Shown here: one piece after another, positions 15,701 to 30,965 of the stretch
How the letters are laid out: each line of letters starts with the position of its first letter
Position numbering within the stretch: the first letter of the stretch is position 1
Assembly (NCBI RefSeq): GCF_009914755.1
Contig: NC_060947.1
Direction: 5' to 3' (one strand)
Length of the DNA stretch: 64,000 bases
Origin: the human T2T-CHM13v2.0 reference genome, Homo sapiens
Position numbers and translations under genes: made by a program
The notes under the pieces: generated by a model
What the model was told of the DNA's origin: nothing
The model's input: only the letters and a program-made list of their open reading frames with translations
Databases searched by the model: none

Positions 15701-16882
15701 TTAGTTTTTTTTAAAAAATGGGTAATATAGTTACATAGTTCAAAAATCAAAGAAAAGCTCTATGTGAAAATACTCACTGTCTTCTTCCATCCATCCAGTT
15801 TACCTCCCCCATACATAACCAGTGTTATTCATGAGTTCTGTGCCCTTTTGGAGTTTATGTACATTCAAGCAAAAATAAAAATACAGTCTTTTAAAAAGAG
15901 CTTTTGTTACATGGAGCTCATATTATTTGCTTATATCGTTTAATTATTTGTGGTGATAATTTTTTTCTCTTCTTTAGATAACATTTTTGCTTGGACTGAT
16001 TTCTTTGTCTTTTCTGTTCTTTCCTTTTCTCTGCCTTTTTTGCTGTAATGTTCTTGCATATTTTCCTTGCTATTTTTTACTTTTCTCATACTTTACTTGG
16101 ACAGCTCCATCTATGGCTTTTGATTGTTCTCATCTAGTGTACATAATTTCCTTATCACTTTCCACTTTATTGAGATCAATGTTATTTGTACTAAAAATCA
16201 CAGAAAATTGGGCATTTAGTACTTAACCTCTTTTTATAATTTGGGGACATGGCAAGGGATGGGAGACTCAGTTAAGGGAGTATTTTAGTTAAAATCCCTG
16301 GGCTTCTGATACTTTATTAAGTGCCCTGAACCAGGTTTCTTCCCCTAGATAAGAAGTATATCCCATTCACATGGTGAGAACATGGGGCGAGGGTGGGGAG
16401 GGCAATACCATAGGCTTTGGATCTGTTCTCCAATTCAACTTGCAGCTCTGGAGCCCTATCACTTCATCCAAAAGTTCACCTCTTTCTAAAAAGCTTCTTT
16501 CATTTCACTTATTTCTCTGTAGCAGCCATTTCCATCATGCCCCTGTTAAAAGTGGGAAAAGATGCCAGCTCAGTTAGATACTCTCCAAATTTGTGGATCT
16601 GAATGAGAATTTCCATGATCTTTATGACTCACAATCTAGCTTTTGAGAGGTGAGGAAAAATTAAGTGGAAAGCCTTGCCACATTATGTTAGTTATATTTT
16701 GGAATTCCATTTCTTTTCTGCGCTATCAGTTTATGGTGTTGGAATGTAATATTTTCTTTAATTTGATTTCAACTTATTTTTTTTGCTAATTTTTTTTCCC
16801 TTTTTTTGTGATGTATTAGAGAAATGATTTCACAGAAATCTTTTTTTTAAATAAAAAAAGGTATTTGGCTTTTTCTTTTTTC

Positions 16883-17308
16883 TTTTAAAGGAAAAACCTT
16901 AGGCAAGTTAAATTTAACAGAGTTTAATTGAGCAAAGAATGATTCATGAATCAGGCAGCCCTCAGAACCGGAACAAGTCCTATGAACTCTGGCCTGCAAC
17001 ATGGGAAGGCAGCATTTATGGACAGACGATGGAAATAAAATAGACAGCTTAATTGGTTGCACCTCATTGTTTTTTTTTTTTTTTGCTTTTTTTGAATCAG
17101 TTGGATGCCCGCAACTGATAGAAGCTCAGCTGCTGTAATCAACGGAGACTCAGCTATTTGTTACCAGAATATACCTGTACACTACTCTTAAGTTAGTCTT
17201 CCAGTTAGTTTCTGTACTAAGTTAGGTGGCAGTTTTTTATTTTTTATTTTTAAATGTAAAGACTTGAGTACAGAGGCATACTGAGGCCAAATTCAGTTTG
17301 GTTTAACA
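16883..17308 (-). mobile_element. ERV1 solo LTR, MER57 family
   Basis: Minus strand starts tgttaaaccaaactgaatttggcc; 3' part gaatcattctttgctcaattaaactctgttaaatttaa. Confidence 0.7.
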
Positions 17309-18049
17309 GGCTTATATGGTTCTTTCTATTCCCTACCTGTCACCAAATTTCAACATTATATGGGAACAGTTATTACAACATATGCAAAGAATTCCTTTGT
17401 GAGATCGGGAAATATGGGATGGGGTGGGGAGTAATATTTTGTTTAAAGCTAGCCTGCTAATTTTTATTGAATTTTGTTTTTGGGAGGCTAAGATGACATT
17501 TTGAAATTTCCTTCAGTCTGAAGGTTGTCCTGGAATACTGAAGTCCTTCAAATCATTTTATATATCAATAGAGCCATATTACTGAACGTGGTATTTGTGG
17601 CTCATGCCTCCAAACAGCTGGAGCCTAAGAGAAAGTAGAACATCTGATAAAGCTCCTGCTTGGAGGATTGAGACAAGGTCTTTAAAAAGAGACCACACAG
17701 TATCATATACTTTAAAAGAGCCTTGTCTAACTGAGCTGTGGATAGAGGACTGACTGAATTCACAGCTTTAATTGTCCTCCAGTCACAGCCACAGTTACCA
17801 TATACCCATCATTTACAAAGGAGCAGGCTGCTGCTGCTGTGGCTGCTGTGCCAAGGTGGTTGATAGAAGACGGTTAAAAAACCCAATAGCCAGGGGAATG
17901 GGAATTGGAAGCATCTGAGAAAGGAAGTGGAGAAATAACCGGACTGCTCCTGGAGTCCCGCCAAGCCCTCTGTACACTGCTGCTACATGCCAAGTTCTAC
18001 CAACTGTGAAATTATATATTTCTACATCGTAGCATCACTTTTCCCCCAA

Positions 18050-19072
<1,023 letters not shown>

Positions 19073-19279
19073 TCAATTGAGGCTAGACATTAGTCCATGT
19101 AATGAAAACCTGGATCCTTGTGGGTAGGGTAGAGAGTGAGGAGGGCTAGTCCATCATGCAGCATAGAAAACGGGGGGGATAATGACCATGTGTCTCTAGC
19201 ATATCCTGAGGAGAAGTTGCCCTGGTTTAGTTACTAAGAAGCAGGCATATTCCATCCCTACAGTGTTTATTCATCACAC

Positions 19280-19400
19280 AAAATGAATCATCCAAATTGG
19301 GGCATCATTATAGAAAGTGAAAGGGGAGTGCTGTTAATAATTAATTCAGGGTATCAGTACAAATAGGACTGTTCTGGGCAAATCCTAACCCACTTCCCCT
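19280..19400 (+). mobile_element. MER94 (hAT-Blackjack) remnant
   Basis: catccaaattgggg...aagtgaaaggggagtgctgttaataatta...ggactgttctgggcaaa. Confidence 0.6.
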
Positions 19401-19486
19401 AACTCTGATGCTGTATTTACTAAACAAACTTTTAACTACAATTGGTCTTCCTAAAGAGTTTTGTCAACAGAGAGAATGTAATGATA

Positions 19487-19780
19487 ATTTATTCATTCAA
19501 CATGTATTTATTGAGTAAAACACAGAGTTTTGCTTTCATGGGGCTTACAGTCTAGTAGAGAGATAGTCAATTAAGCTCTTACTATACACCATGATCAGTG
19601 TTGTGCTAAGGGAAGTATGAGGTAGCCTAGGTGGGTCACTACTAGGACTTGGAAGTTAGGAAGGTTTTCTGAGCTAAGACCTGAAGTAAAGTGTGATTGA
19701 AACATACTGGGCAAAGGAGGTATGGAAGAGAGTTTTTCCAGCCCAGGGTATATACAGGCCAGAAGCTAGAGAAAGCATTT
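19487..19780 (-). mobile_element. L2 remnant
   Basis: attcattcaacatgtatttattgag...ttctgagctaagacctgaag. Confidence 0.65.
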
Positions 19781-19789
19781 ATTCTAGCT

Positions 19790-20279
19790 CAGCGGTCCCC
19801 AACCTTTTTGGCACCAGGGATCGGTTTCATGGAAGACAGTTTTTCCACGGAGAGGGGTGGGGATGGTTTTGGGATGATTCAAGCGCATTACATTTATTGT
19901 GTACTTTATTTCTATTATTATTACATTGTAACATATAATGAAATAATTATACAACTCACCATGATGTAAAATCAGTGGGAGCCATGAGCTTGTTTTCCTG
20001 CAACTAGATGGTGCCATCTGGGAACAGATCAATAGGCATTAGATTCTCATAAGGAGCATGCAGCTTAGATCCCTCACATGTGCAGTTCATGACAGGGTTC
20101 ATGCTCCTATGAGAATCTAATGCTGCTGCTGATCTGACAGGAGGCGGAGCTCAGCCAGTAATGTGAGCAATGGGGAGTGGCTGTAAATACAGATGAAGTT
20201 TCACTGATTCGCCTGCTGCTCACCAACTGGTGTGAGGCAGGGGTGGGCATGGGGTGGAGGGAGGAGTTGGGGGGCCCTG
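19790..20279 (+). mobile_element. MER1A (hAT-Charlie) DNA transposon
   Basis: TIR cagcggtccccaac...gttggggggccctg; perfect 8-bp TSD ttctagct (19782-19789 / 20280-20287). Confidence 0.92.
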
Positions 20280-21664
20280 TTCTAGCTAATGAAAGATGTG
20301 TGTTAGGCTGAAACTTTGAGTGAAGAAGAGGAATAAGAGTTGTAATGGCAGAGATGGGAGAGGGCAGCTCTCAGAGCGCACAATCCATTCTGGACTCATC
20401 CACTTGACTTCATTGCCAGTCTGGACACACACCCGCTATGAGTTTCCAGGCCAGATTCAGGATTGAGCTGGAAGAAGGGAGAAGCTTCAAATTGAATGGG
20501 AATTGGATGTTTTGATTTAGATTAGATTGGACTTTATGAAAGTAATGTGCTTAATCAAATAGTAATGATTTAAACAGCAGTATCACACTTAAGACAAAAA
20601 CACATGTCCCTATCTCTATCCCATTCTGCCTTTTGATTTCTACTTTTTGGAGGCACTCATGTTTAACTCAACATTTTTATCTGTTGCTTCTGCTATTTAC
20701 TTCAAAATTCCTGTTACATCCTGATTTTTCAACTTTAAGCATTCTCTATTAACTTTGTTTCATGGTAAATGAGGATTTAGATACCTTTCATTACCACCTT
20801 GCCTCTTCTCTTCCCAATATACACATGTACGCCTATCCATCTTCCCAATATAATTATATTGTGATTTATTTTTATTAAATCAGTATTTCATGTTTATATT
20901 AGTATGCCTAGTAAACAGGAAGATTTGCAGCTGAGCAAATAATATTTCCGTGTACTACTTTTTACTCTTCCTGGTTTTAATTAGTTTTCTATGTACTTTT
21001 CACTAATTCTGCTTCCAAATTTTGTACATAATAATCAATATAGTCAATGAGGAAAAATCTATTAGTTGTATTTTTTTTTCTGTTGCACTGTCCTTTCTGA
21101 AATCCCATCTTCCTGACTCAGGCTGGATGGATTGGCTTGTCAGGCCCACTGCATAGTCTACATCTCAGGACTGCCCTTTGCAGTCATTCTGGGGATGCCT
21201 TTTGCCTCTATCCTGTGTTAAGCTCCCTAATCATGTTTCTTTCCTGATTTAGATTGGACTTTTTCTGCCCCTCCAAAAAGCTGAAATATCATCTAGGAGA
21301 TTGACCCAACAAAGCAAATCTGAAAATAATGGTGGGTGAAAATCACTTTCTCTCTGGGGAAGAGGAAGTGGCTTTCATTCTATTAAGTCTAGTTTATTCA
21401 ATAAACCAGTTAAATAATTGAAGGAATATCATGATCAGATTGTGTTTTAGCAACATTCATTTTCAACATCATGTGTTTATTGATATAATGGGGGAACAAG
21501 ACGGGCATGGGGCCTACCCTCTTAAATCTAAACTCTATGATGTATACAGTCAAGATAGCAATTAGAATATAGTGTGAAAGGCGAGTACAAGGATAAGGTG
21601 CTATGGCCACGTGTGAGGGGGCACTTAACTCAGAAGTAGAATGAAGGATGGACTGAGGGAGCAA

Positions 21665-21945
21665 ACAAAGGGTCACATATTGCATGATTCCAAGTATATG
21701 AAATATCCTGTATAGGTAATTTCATAGAGACAGAAAGATTAGTTGGTTGTCGGGATCTGGGGATAATGAGGAGTAACTGCTTAATGAGCACAGGGTTTCT
21801 TTAGAAGTGATGAAAATGTTCTGGAACTAGATAATTGTGATACTTGCAGAGCATTGTGAGTGTACTAAAAGCCACTGAATTGTATACTTTAAAATGGATA
21901 ATTTTATGTCATGTAAATTTTACCTCAATAGAAAAAATAAAATAG
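21665..21945 (+). mobile_element. L1MB 3' end
   Basis: atagagacagaaag...gatgaaaatgttctggaactaga...tgtaaattttacctcaata. Confidence 0.8.
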
Positions 21946-22297
21946 AAGAGTGAGCAGTTAGAAGACTACTACCATGATAGTCCTGATGTGAGATACATTT
22001 TAAAAGTATTTATTTTAAAAGTATTATATTTATGTAGTTTTTGAATAGGCATGCACATGGCACAAGCTTCAAAAAGAACAAAAGGTTTAAAGTAAAATGT
22101 AAGTGTCCTTCCCTTCCTATCTGCCAGTCATCTAGTTCTCTTCCCTTGGAGGAAAACATAGTTATCAGATTCTTATGTATTTTGAGTCTATGCATAATGT
22201 TTATGTATTTGTGTGTTTATATATAAATATAAATATATCTCTTGTGTATATATTCATATATGTGTGTATTCAAATATATATTATTTTAAAATCAACT

Positions 22298-22847
22298 TGT
22301 AGTTTATGGGGTTTAGGATATGCCACCTCATAATATGGCACCCTGGCATTTGAGAAAACAGCAGAAGCAGGAAGGTCACTCTCACCTTTCCCCCACCTTT
22401 CTACCCTGAAGCAGGTCATCAAATCTAGGAAGGTCACTCTCTGACCATCTCCTACCTTTCTGCGCTGAAGCAGTTCATTTGAGAGGTGCTTTTCCTATAC
22501 CTGGAGAAAAGTAACATCCTTATCTCTGGGAAAAGTAACACAGAGGCACAAAGAAGAATCTGAACAAACAGGCCTTGCTAAGTTCTCTCCAGTTTATTGC
22601 CATTAGATCATAGCCTTTTGTCCTCCAATCATACTTCTCCAAAACTTTCCACTCTTCAAACCTAAGCATAAAAATACACAAGCTTACCTGTTTCTTTGGG
22701 TCTTCATTTCCTTATGAAGGCTCCCATATGACAAACATCTTAAATAAATTTGTATGTTTTTCTCTTTTTAATTTGTCTTTTGTTATAGGTGCCTCAGCCA
22801 TAAACCTAACAATGGGCGAAGAAAGGAAATCATTCTTTCCCTGTGTA
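22298..22847 (+). mobile_element. ERV1 solo LTR, MER34/MER39 family
   Basis: ggatatgccacc...gagaaaacagcagaagcaggaaggtcactctc...aataaatttgtatg. Confidence 0.7.
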
Positions 22848-24343
22848 GCATACTACAAACATATTCTGCATCTTGCTATCTTCACTTATATCTTGGAGGT
22901 CATTTCATATCATTACATAGAATGTTGCCTAGTTCTTCTTAATAGCTTCCTAGAATTCCATTATTGGACTATAATTTATTAATCTGTTCCTTATTAATGG
23001 ATATTTAGATATTTAGACTTTCAGTTTTTTGCTGTTACCAACAATGCTATAGTGAATATTCTATATGTGTATATGTTATTTTGCACAAATGTGAGCATGT
23101 GATAAGGCCCTGAACCACAGCAGTGGCAAACGGAAGGAAGAGGAGGCGATGAGAGAACACGAGGGAGACACAAGCATGCAAGGAGACAGAATTTATCAAA
23201 CGTGGCAACTGATTGCATATCATAGATGGAGAGGGAGAAGTTTGTATTGCTGTGCATTTTCAGTCCCTAGCAGAGGGCAGGCACGTAACAAATATTTTCA
23301 AAATGCAACCACAAGAATAGCTTAAAAGTTTTCTAGTATAAATTATGGGTTGTGGTAAATGAACCATTTTCATACCCACACTTGTTTTGATTTCCATGAC
23401 CTCTCTCCCTTGGCATTCCTGGAGGGCTTTGGCTTGATAGTTTACTGACAAGCGGTCAATGACTTTTACTGAACAATGCATTGTATGACTCTTGGTTCTT
23501 TGTGTTGTAGATTATGGGCAGTGCAGCAGTTAATAAATAATTGCAAATCTGATTGTGGCATGCCAGTGTTCTTGAATAGAGTGAGTGTTTTATGAATCAG
23601 AACAAACATTATATTTAGGCTTCCATTTAATCTTGAGGTTAATGATATTTAACAGAATTGAAAATTATACTACATAGTGCCTTTAATCAGTGTTAAGAAA
23701 AAGATTTGCTGCTTTCTCCATCTCTTCATACCATGGAATATTTGGTATCTTATCTCTCTTCAGGAACTTAAAATTATTTCTTCTTAGAATTTCCTTAAAA
23801 TATCTTTTATTCCCTAATTGAACTATGATTTAAAGGCATGGTAAGATTATAATTAAACTAGTTTTGACACCTACACAATACATACTCAGAATTTCAGTAT
23901 ATTCTTAATTTATGATGTGATTATTCAACATTAGTGACTGATATAATCAAATTACCATACTAACTATGACATTTGTGTTTAGGAAAATTTGCAACTGCAA
24001 ACTTAAAAATTGTAGAGAGCCTTATTTCATGTTTATATGTGATTCTTTACACTCCCATAATCAGAAACAAAGCTGATAGTGGTTAGTGTAAACTTGCCTA
24101 TATGCACCTAAATGTCCACTGTCTGTCTCTCTATTTTTCTATATTCTATCATCCAGTTGCTTTTGTTAGCAAAGTGTACAATTTCTACTTGTGTGGTTTT
24201 TATTAACCTCTCTTAGGCCTTTTGAAATTATTTGATTTAGACGTGGTGAGCCAGATTTAATTTTATGAAAAATTGTCTTCTAGCAACCCAGCAACTCTTT
24301 GGCTGCTATGTAAGTAGAAATGTAAATGTTAGAGTTTTTATAG

Positions 24344-25770
<1,427 letters not shown>

Positions 25771-27089
25771 GAAATCTGAAGTAAAACTTTGAATAAAGAA
25801 ATAAAATTGTCTTACCTCCTGCCATACTGATTAGCAAATTATGCATTTGAGTTGCCCAGAAACCTTTATTAATAGCTTGAGGTCATCAAAACAGTTCCTC
25901 AAGAAGCATTACTAAAAATCCCCCATAAACTGACTCAGGCTCCTTCACCTTTCCTTTCTCCTTTCCTTTAATAGACATTGTTAAGGCATTCTCACAGAGT
26001 GTATAAATTTATAGTCCTACAAGCGGCTTACAAGAAGCTGTTTCTTTACTGTCCCACCAACACAGTGTGCTATTTCAGTTGCTTTTTGTGAACCTTCCTT
26101 AGCTTGATTGTATCTTTTTTGAAGTTTAGAGACCAGATCTTTATCATTATCCTAGTCATAGACCAATTGCTATGGAGCCAGCTTTAATGTAGGTAATGAG
26201 GTTGGAGAAGGAAGATAAGAAAGCTTTTAAATATATTTTATATAATAGATACAAATATATTTTATTAGAAAATATTTCAAGCATGCAAAAATTTTAAAGA
26301 GTATTAGAACAAACATTCTTGTACAACACCACCCACCGTGTTGTACTTTATCCTTTTTGCAACATTTCTTTTACATCCTGTTTTAGAAGTGGAGTACTAC
26401 ATACAGATTTGAAGCTGCTTGTATACTCTCCCTAATATCATTTGTCTCTCTCTTTCCCCAGGAATATCCTTTTCAAGCGTATTTTTACTTCTACAATAAA
26501 CATTATTGTTTTGCATGTTTTGGTGACACTGTGTGAGTTCTTCTTTGACATTTTTCCTCAACATCATGTGTTTGAGATTTCTCCATGTTGATATATGTTA
26601 TTTATTTTATTGTCTTATAATTCTATATAAATGTCATAATTAATTTATTGTCTCATGGATGTACATTTGAGTTGCCAGCTTTATACTAATGCACACGGTA
26701 CTGCAATGAATGTCCCCTAATAATGTGTCTCTGTCTCTCTTTTAACGTGAATAAGGAGGTATGTAATTCCAAGAGCTACTGCATCCATCTAGGAGGAGGA
26801 AATTACTGAGTCATAGGGAAACCAGTTCTGAGAAGGTAGTGTGGTGTAGGGTAACAGTTTATTGTTCTTGGAACAAAAAGTTTCTTACTATTTCTGGGTG
26901 TGAATTATGCAGGTAGGAAGACCATATCATGAATTTGGAGAGGTAGATGGGATGAAGGGCCCAATATGTTGGAAGCTTTGAATGATCTTAAGTGGGGAGT
27001 TATTTGATCAATTTTTCATTTTAAAGACATTGTTCTGGTGGGTTATGTGGAGGATGAACTAAAATTGGAATAAGGAGTGTTTCAATTAG

Positions 27090-28470
27090 TACCCTTTGCA
27101 TTATAAGTAATAGAAAATCAAACTCAAGTTGAATTAAATAAGAAGGGAATTTATTGACACACAGGAGTGGAACGCCTAGAGGTAGAAAGGTAGGTTTGAC
27201 CAAGCAGCTCAATGATGTCACCAAAAACACATTTTCCACCTCAGCTTTGTATTTCATGCGTTATCTCTACCATTTCCTGGTTGCCAGATGACTGCCAACA
27301 GCTCCTGGGACTGTAAACTTCATTGACCATGTCCAAAGTGGGAGGAAAGAGGGAGAGAGGGAGAGTGGGAGAAAGAGAGGGAGAGATAGAGAGAGAGAGA
27401 GAAAGAAAGAAAAACATATAGAGCACCTCTCATGCTCTCAACCTGATTTCTGATTGTACATGTTCACTACTGAACCAGTGTCCCAAGGGGGATGGAATTA
27501 TTTGAATGGTTTATTTCATCAAGGACCTCCATTGAGGCTAGGGGATGGTGTTTATTTAACTCAAGAAGGCTGCTACATCAATGAGGGAGACATGGTTCCC
27601 TTTAGGACAGCCTCCCCACAGGCTGTTAGGAAGATGTAATAGATAAATTTAGGCTGGTTAGAAACTCAACAGATATCCTCCGTGACAGAGAAGTGAGCAA
27701 GCCTGGAGTGAGAGACATATATAAAGAGGTGATGAAACAGCAAAGTGATAAGGAACTTTGTTCATGGAAGTAGGGAGAGGTAGAAGGAAATGAACTTGAG
27801 AAATATGTAGGAAGCAGAACTTAGTGATTCATGATTATGGGGAGATAAGGGTAATGTATTAGTCAGGCTAGGCCAAACAGCCATAACAAAGAGATCTCAA
27901 AATCGAATAGCTCAAACCTTCAAAGTTTATTCCTCTCTTAGGTTTGGTGTGTGTTTTAGAGTGCTGCTGATGGCGGTGGTGGATAGATCTGATTCATCTT
28001 TTAGGGATCCCAGGTGATCTCACCTAGACCACCTTCAACATATAGCTTCCACGATTGCTTTGATTATTGCCATTCTCATCCTTAGGAAGGGGAAAGTGTG
28101 AGAACCTTGTCATAAGACAACTCCTAAACCACAAGTGAGACTGGGATGTATGGTATATATCACATAGATTTTGGTGGACAGCTGGCAGTCTTTGCTATAG
28201 GTAGACTGGTGGATGTTGACTCCCATGTTTCTAGTTTGAGCAATTGATGATTGATGGTTCAGCAAATGTGTTAGAGAATACAGAAGGAGGATTTGAAGTG
28301 AGAGGAGAAGGGGAGATAAAGAGTTCAGATTGGGATATCTTGAGTTTGATGTGTGTGCAAGGCATACAGGTGGAAATATATAATTGGCAGATGGCTATAA
28401 AAGCCTGGTCTTCATGAAGGGAGGTCAGAAATAGATATAGAGATTCGAGAGTCATTCATTATTAAGTGGT
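27090..28470 (-). mobile_element. Old MLT1 LTR fragments (about 27090-27600 and 27855-28200) within L2 remnants
   Basis: aagggaatttattg...cagctcaatgatgtcacc; tgtattagtcaggctagg...aaagtttattcctctc; L2-like gagataaagagttcagattgggatatcttgagtttga. Confidence 0.55.
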
Positions 28471-28967
28471 TGATTCTTGGGGTAATTTTTGCTTAAAAGT
28501 ATTACCTGGCATTCACCTTGAAGCCCATCTTCCTCTTTTCTGCTGCCCACTCCTTCAATCATGTGACATTTTTAGGCAGTTTATCCCCAACCAGTTTGAC
28601 AGCTCAGTACTTGGAAAAGCAAAATTTATTCTTCAAATATGGAGATGTCTTCCTCTCACAGATTGTTTATAAAAATGTCAAAATAATATCAGTGCTACAT
28701 GATGGCTAGGGGATCCCATTGTTAGCATGACTCCAACTAGATAAGTGCTTTATAATCACTGCCTTTGATTGCCTGTCTTTAATTCAGCTCTCTATGCTTG
28801 ACAAAACAATTAAGATTTTAAACAAATTATCTATGAGTTGTCCCTTATTCAAATGCTTTTTTATCCTAGTTGTGTATGATTTTTCCTTAGAGAAACCTTG
28901 TTCCTATTCTTCTAATAAGTTGTGAGTGATAGCATTTCCTATAATCCTGAATTTGTAAGTGAGTCTA

Positions 28968-29511
<544 letters not shown>

Positions 29512-30102
29512 CTAAGAAGTCATCCCTGTGGTCCTATTAGAACAAGTCAGGGAACCCTGTAGATTTGGCTTGGACACTTTCAGTACTGAACAGCTTAATA
29601 CTTTTTAGGAAGATTGTTTCCTTGATGAACAGCTTTAAAGTGATTTTTTAGGTTGAGTTCATATCTGCCTACTTCTAATTCTACTCATTAGCTCTAGAAC
29701 AGCAGATGTCAGCCCTTTTGTATAACGGTCTTTTAGCCTTAGAGAGGTCACTGTCTGACACATATATGGGATTATAGATAATATATGTAACTGGCTATAT
29801 TATAACTACACCTTTGGATCATTTAAGTAAACACCGAAATGCAAATGAGGGAGTGAACAACTGGTAACATTGACCCCTTTCTGGTTTATATAAATCACTT
29901 GCAAATGTCCAAACTTCAATAATTAAAAATAACAAATTATTTGCTACTCATCGCCAGAGTAAAACACAAGAGTTCATCCAATATTTAAATATAGCTCAGA
30001 TAGTCCACCCTTAGTCTTCTCACCTTGGGCTATTTATGCCCTTTTATGCCATCCCATTGTTATTGTTATTTTTTGTTTTTATTTTATCTGTTGAGAGTAA
30101 GA

Positions 30103-30965
30103 TTTTTATTTATTTATTTATTCTCTTTCCAACTTTTATTTTAGATTTGGGGGTATACATGCAGGTTTGTTACATGGGTAAATTGTGTGTCACGGGGGTT
30201 TCGTGTACAGATTCTTTTGTTACCCAGGTAATAAACATAGTACCTGATGGGTAGTTTTTCCATCCTCACCTTCCTCCTGCCCTCCACTCTCAAATAGGCC
30301 CCAGTGTCTATTGTGCCCTCTTTGTGTCCATGTGTACTCAATGTTTAGCTCCTATTTATAAATGAGAACATGCAGTATTTAGTTTTCTGTTCCTGCATCA
30401 ATTTGCTTAGGATAATGGCCTCTCGCACCATCCATGTTGCTGTAAAGGACATGATTTCTTTTTTTATGGCTGTGTAGCATTTCATGGTGTATATGTACTA
30501 CATTTTCTTTATCCAATCCACTGTTGATTGGCAGCTAGGTTGTTTCCATGTCTTTGCTATTGCAAATAGTGCTGTGATGAACATGCATGTGCATGTGTCT
30601 TTATGAGAGCATGATTTATATTCCTTTGGGTATATATCCAATAATGGAATTACTGGGTTGAATGGTAATTATGTTTTCAGTTATTTGAGAAAGCTCTAAA
30701 CTGTTTTCCACAGTGGCTGAACTAATTTACATTCACGCCAGCAGTGTATAAGTAGTCCCTTTTCTCTACAACCTCGTCAGCATCTGTTATTTTGCGACTT
30801 TTAATAATAAGCATTCTTATTGGTATGAGATGGTATCTTATTGTGGTTTTGATTTGCATTTCTCTAAGGATTAGTGATGTTGGGCATTTTTTCATATGCT
30901 TGTTGGCCATGTGTATGTCTTCTTTTCAGGAGTGTCTCTTCATGTGCTTTGCCCATTTTTAATGT
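30103..30965 (-). mobile_element. L1PA15/16- or L1PB-like 3' fragment
   Basis: Antisense 3'UTR and ORF2 end ([19 protein letters not shown]). Confidence 0.85.
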
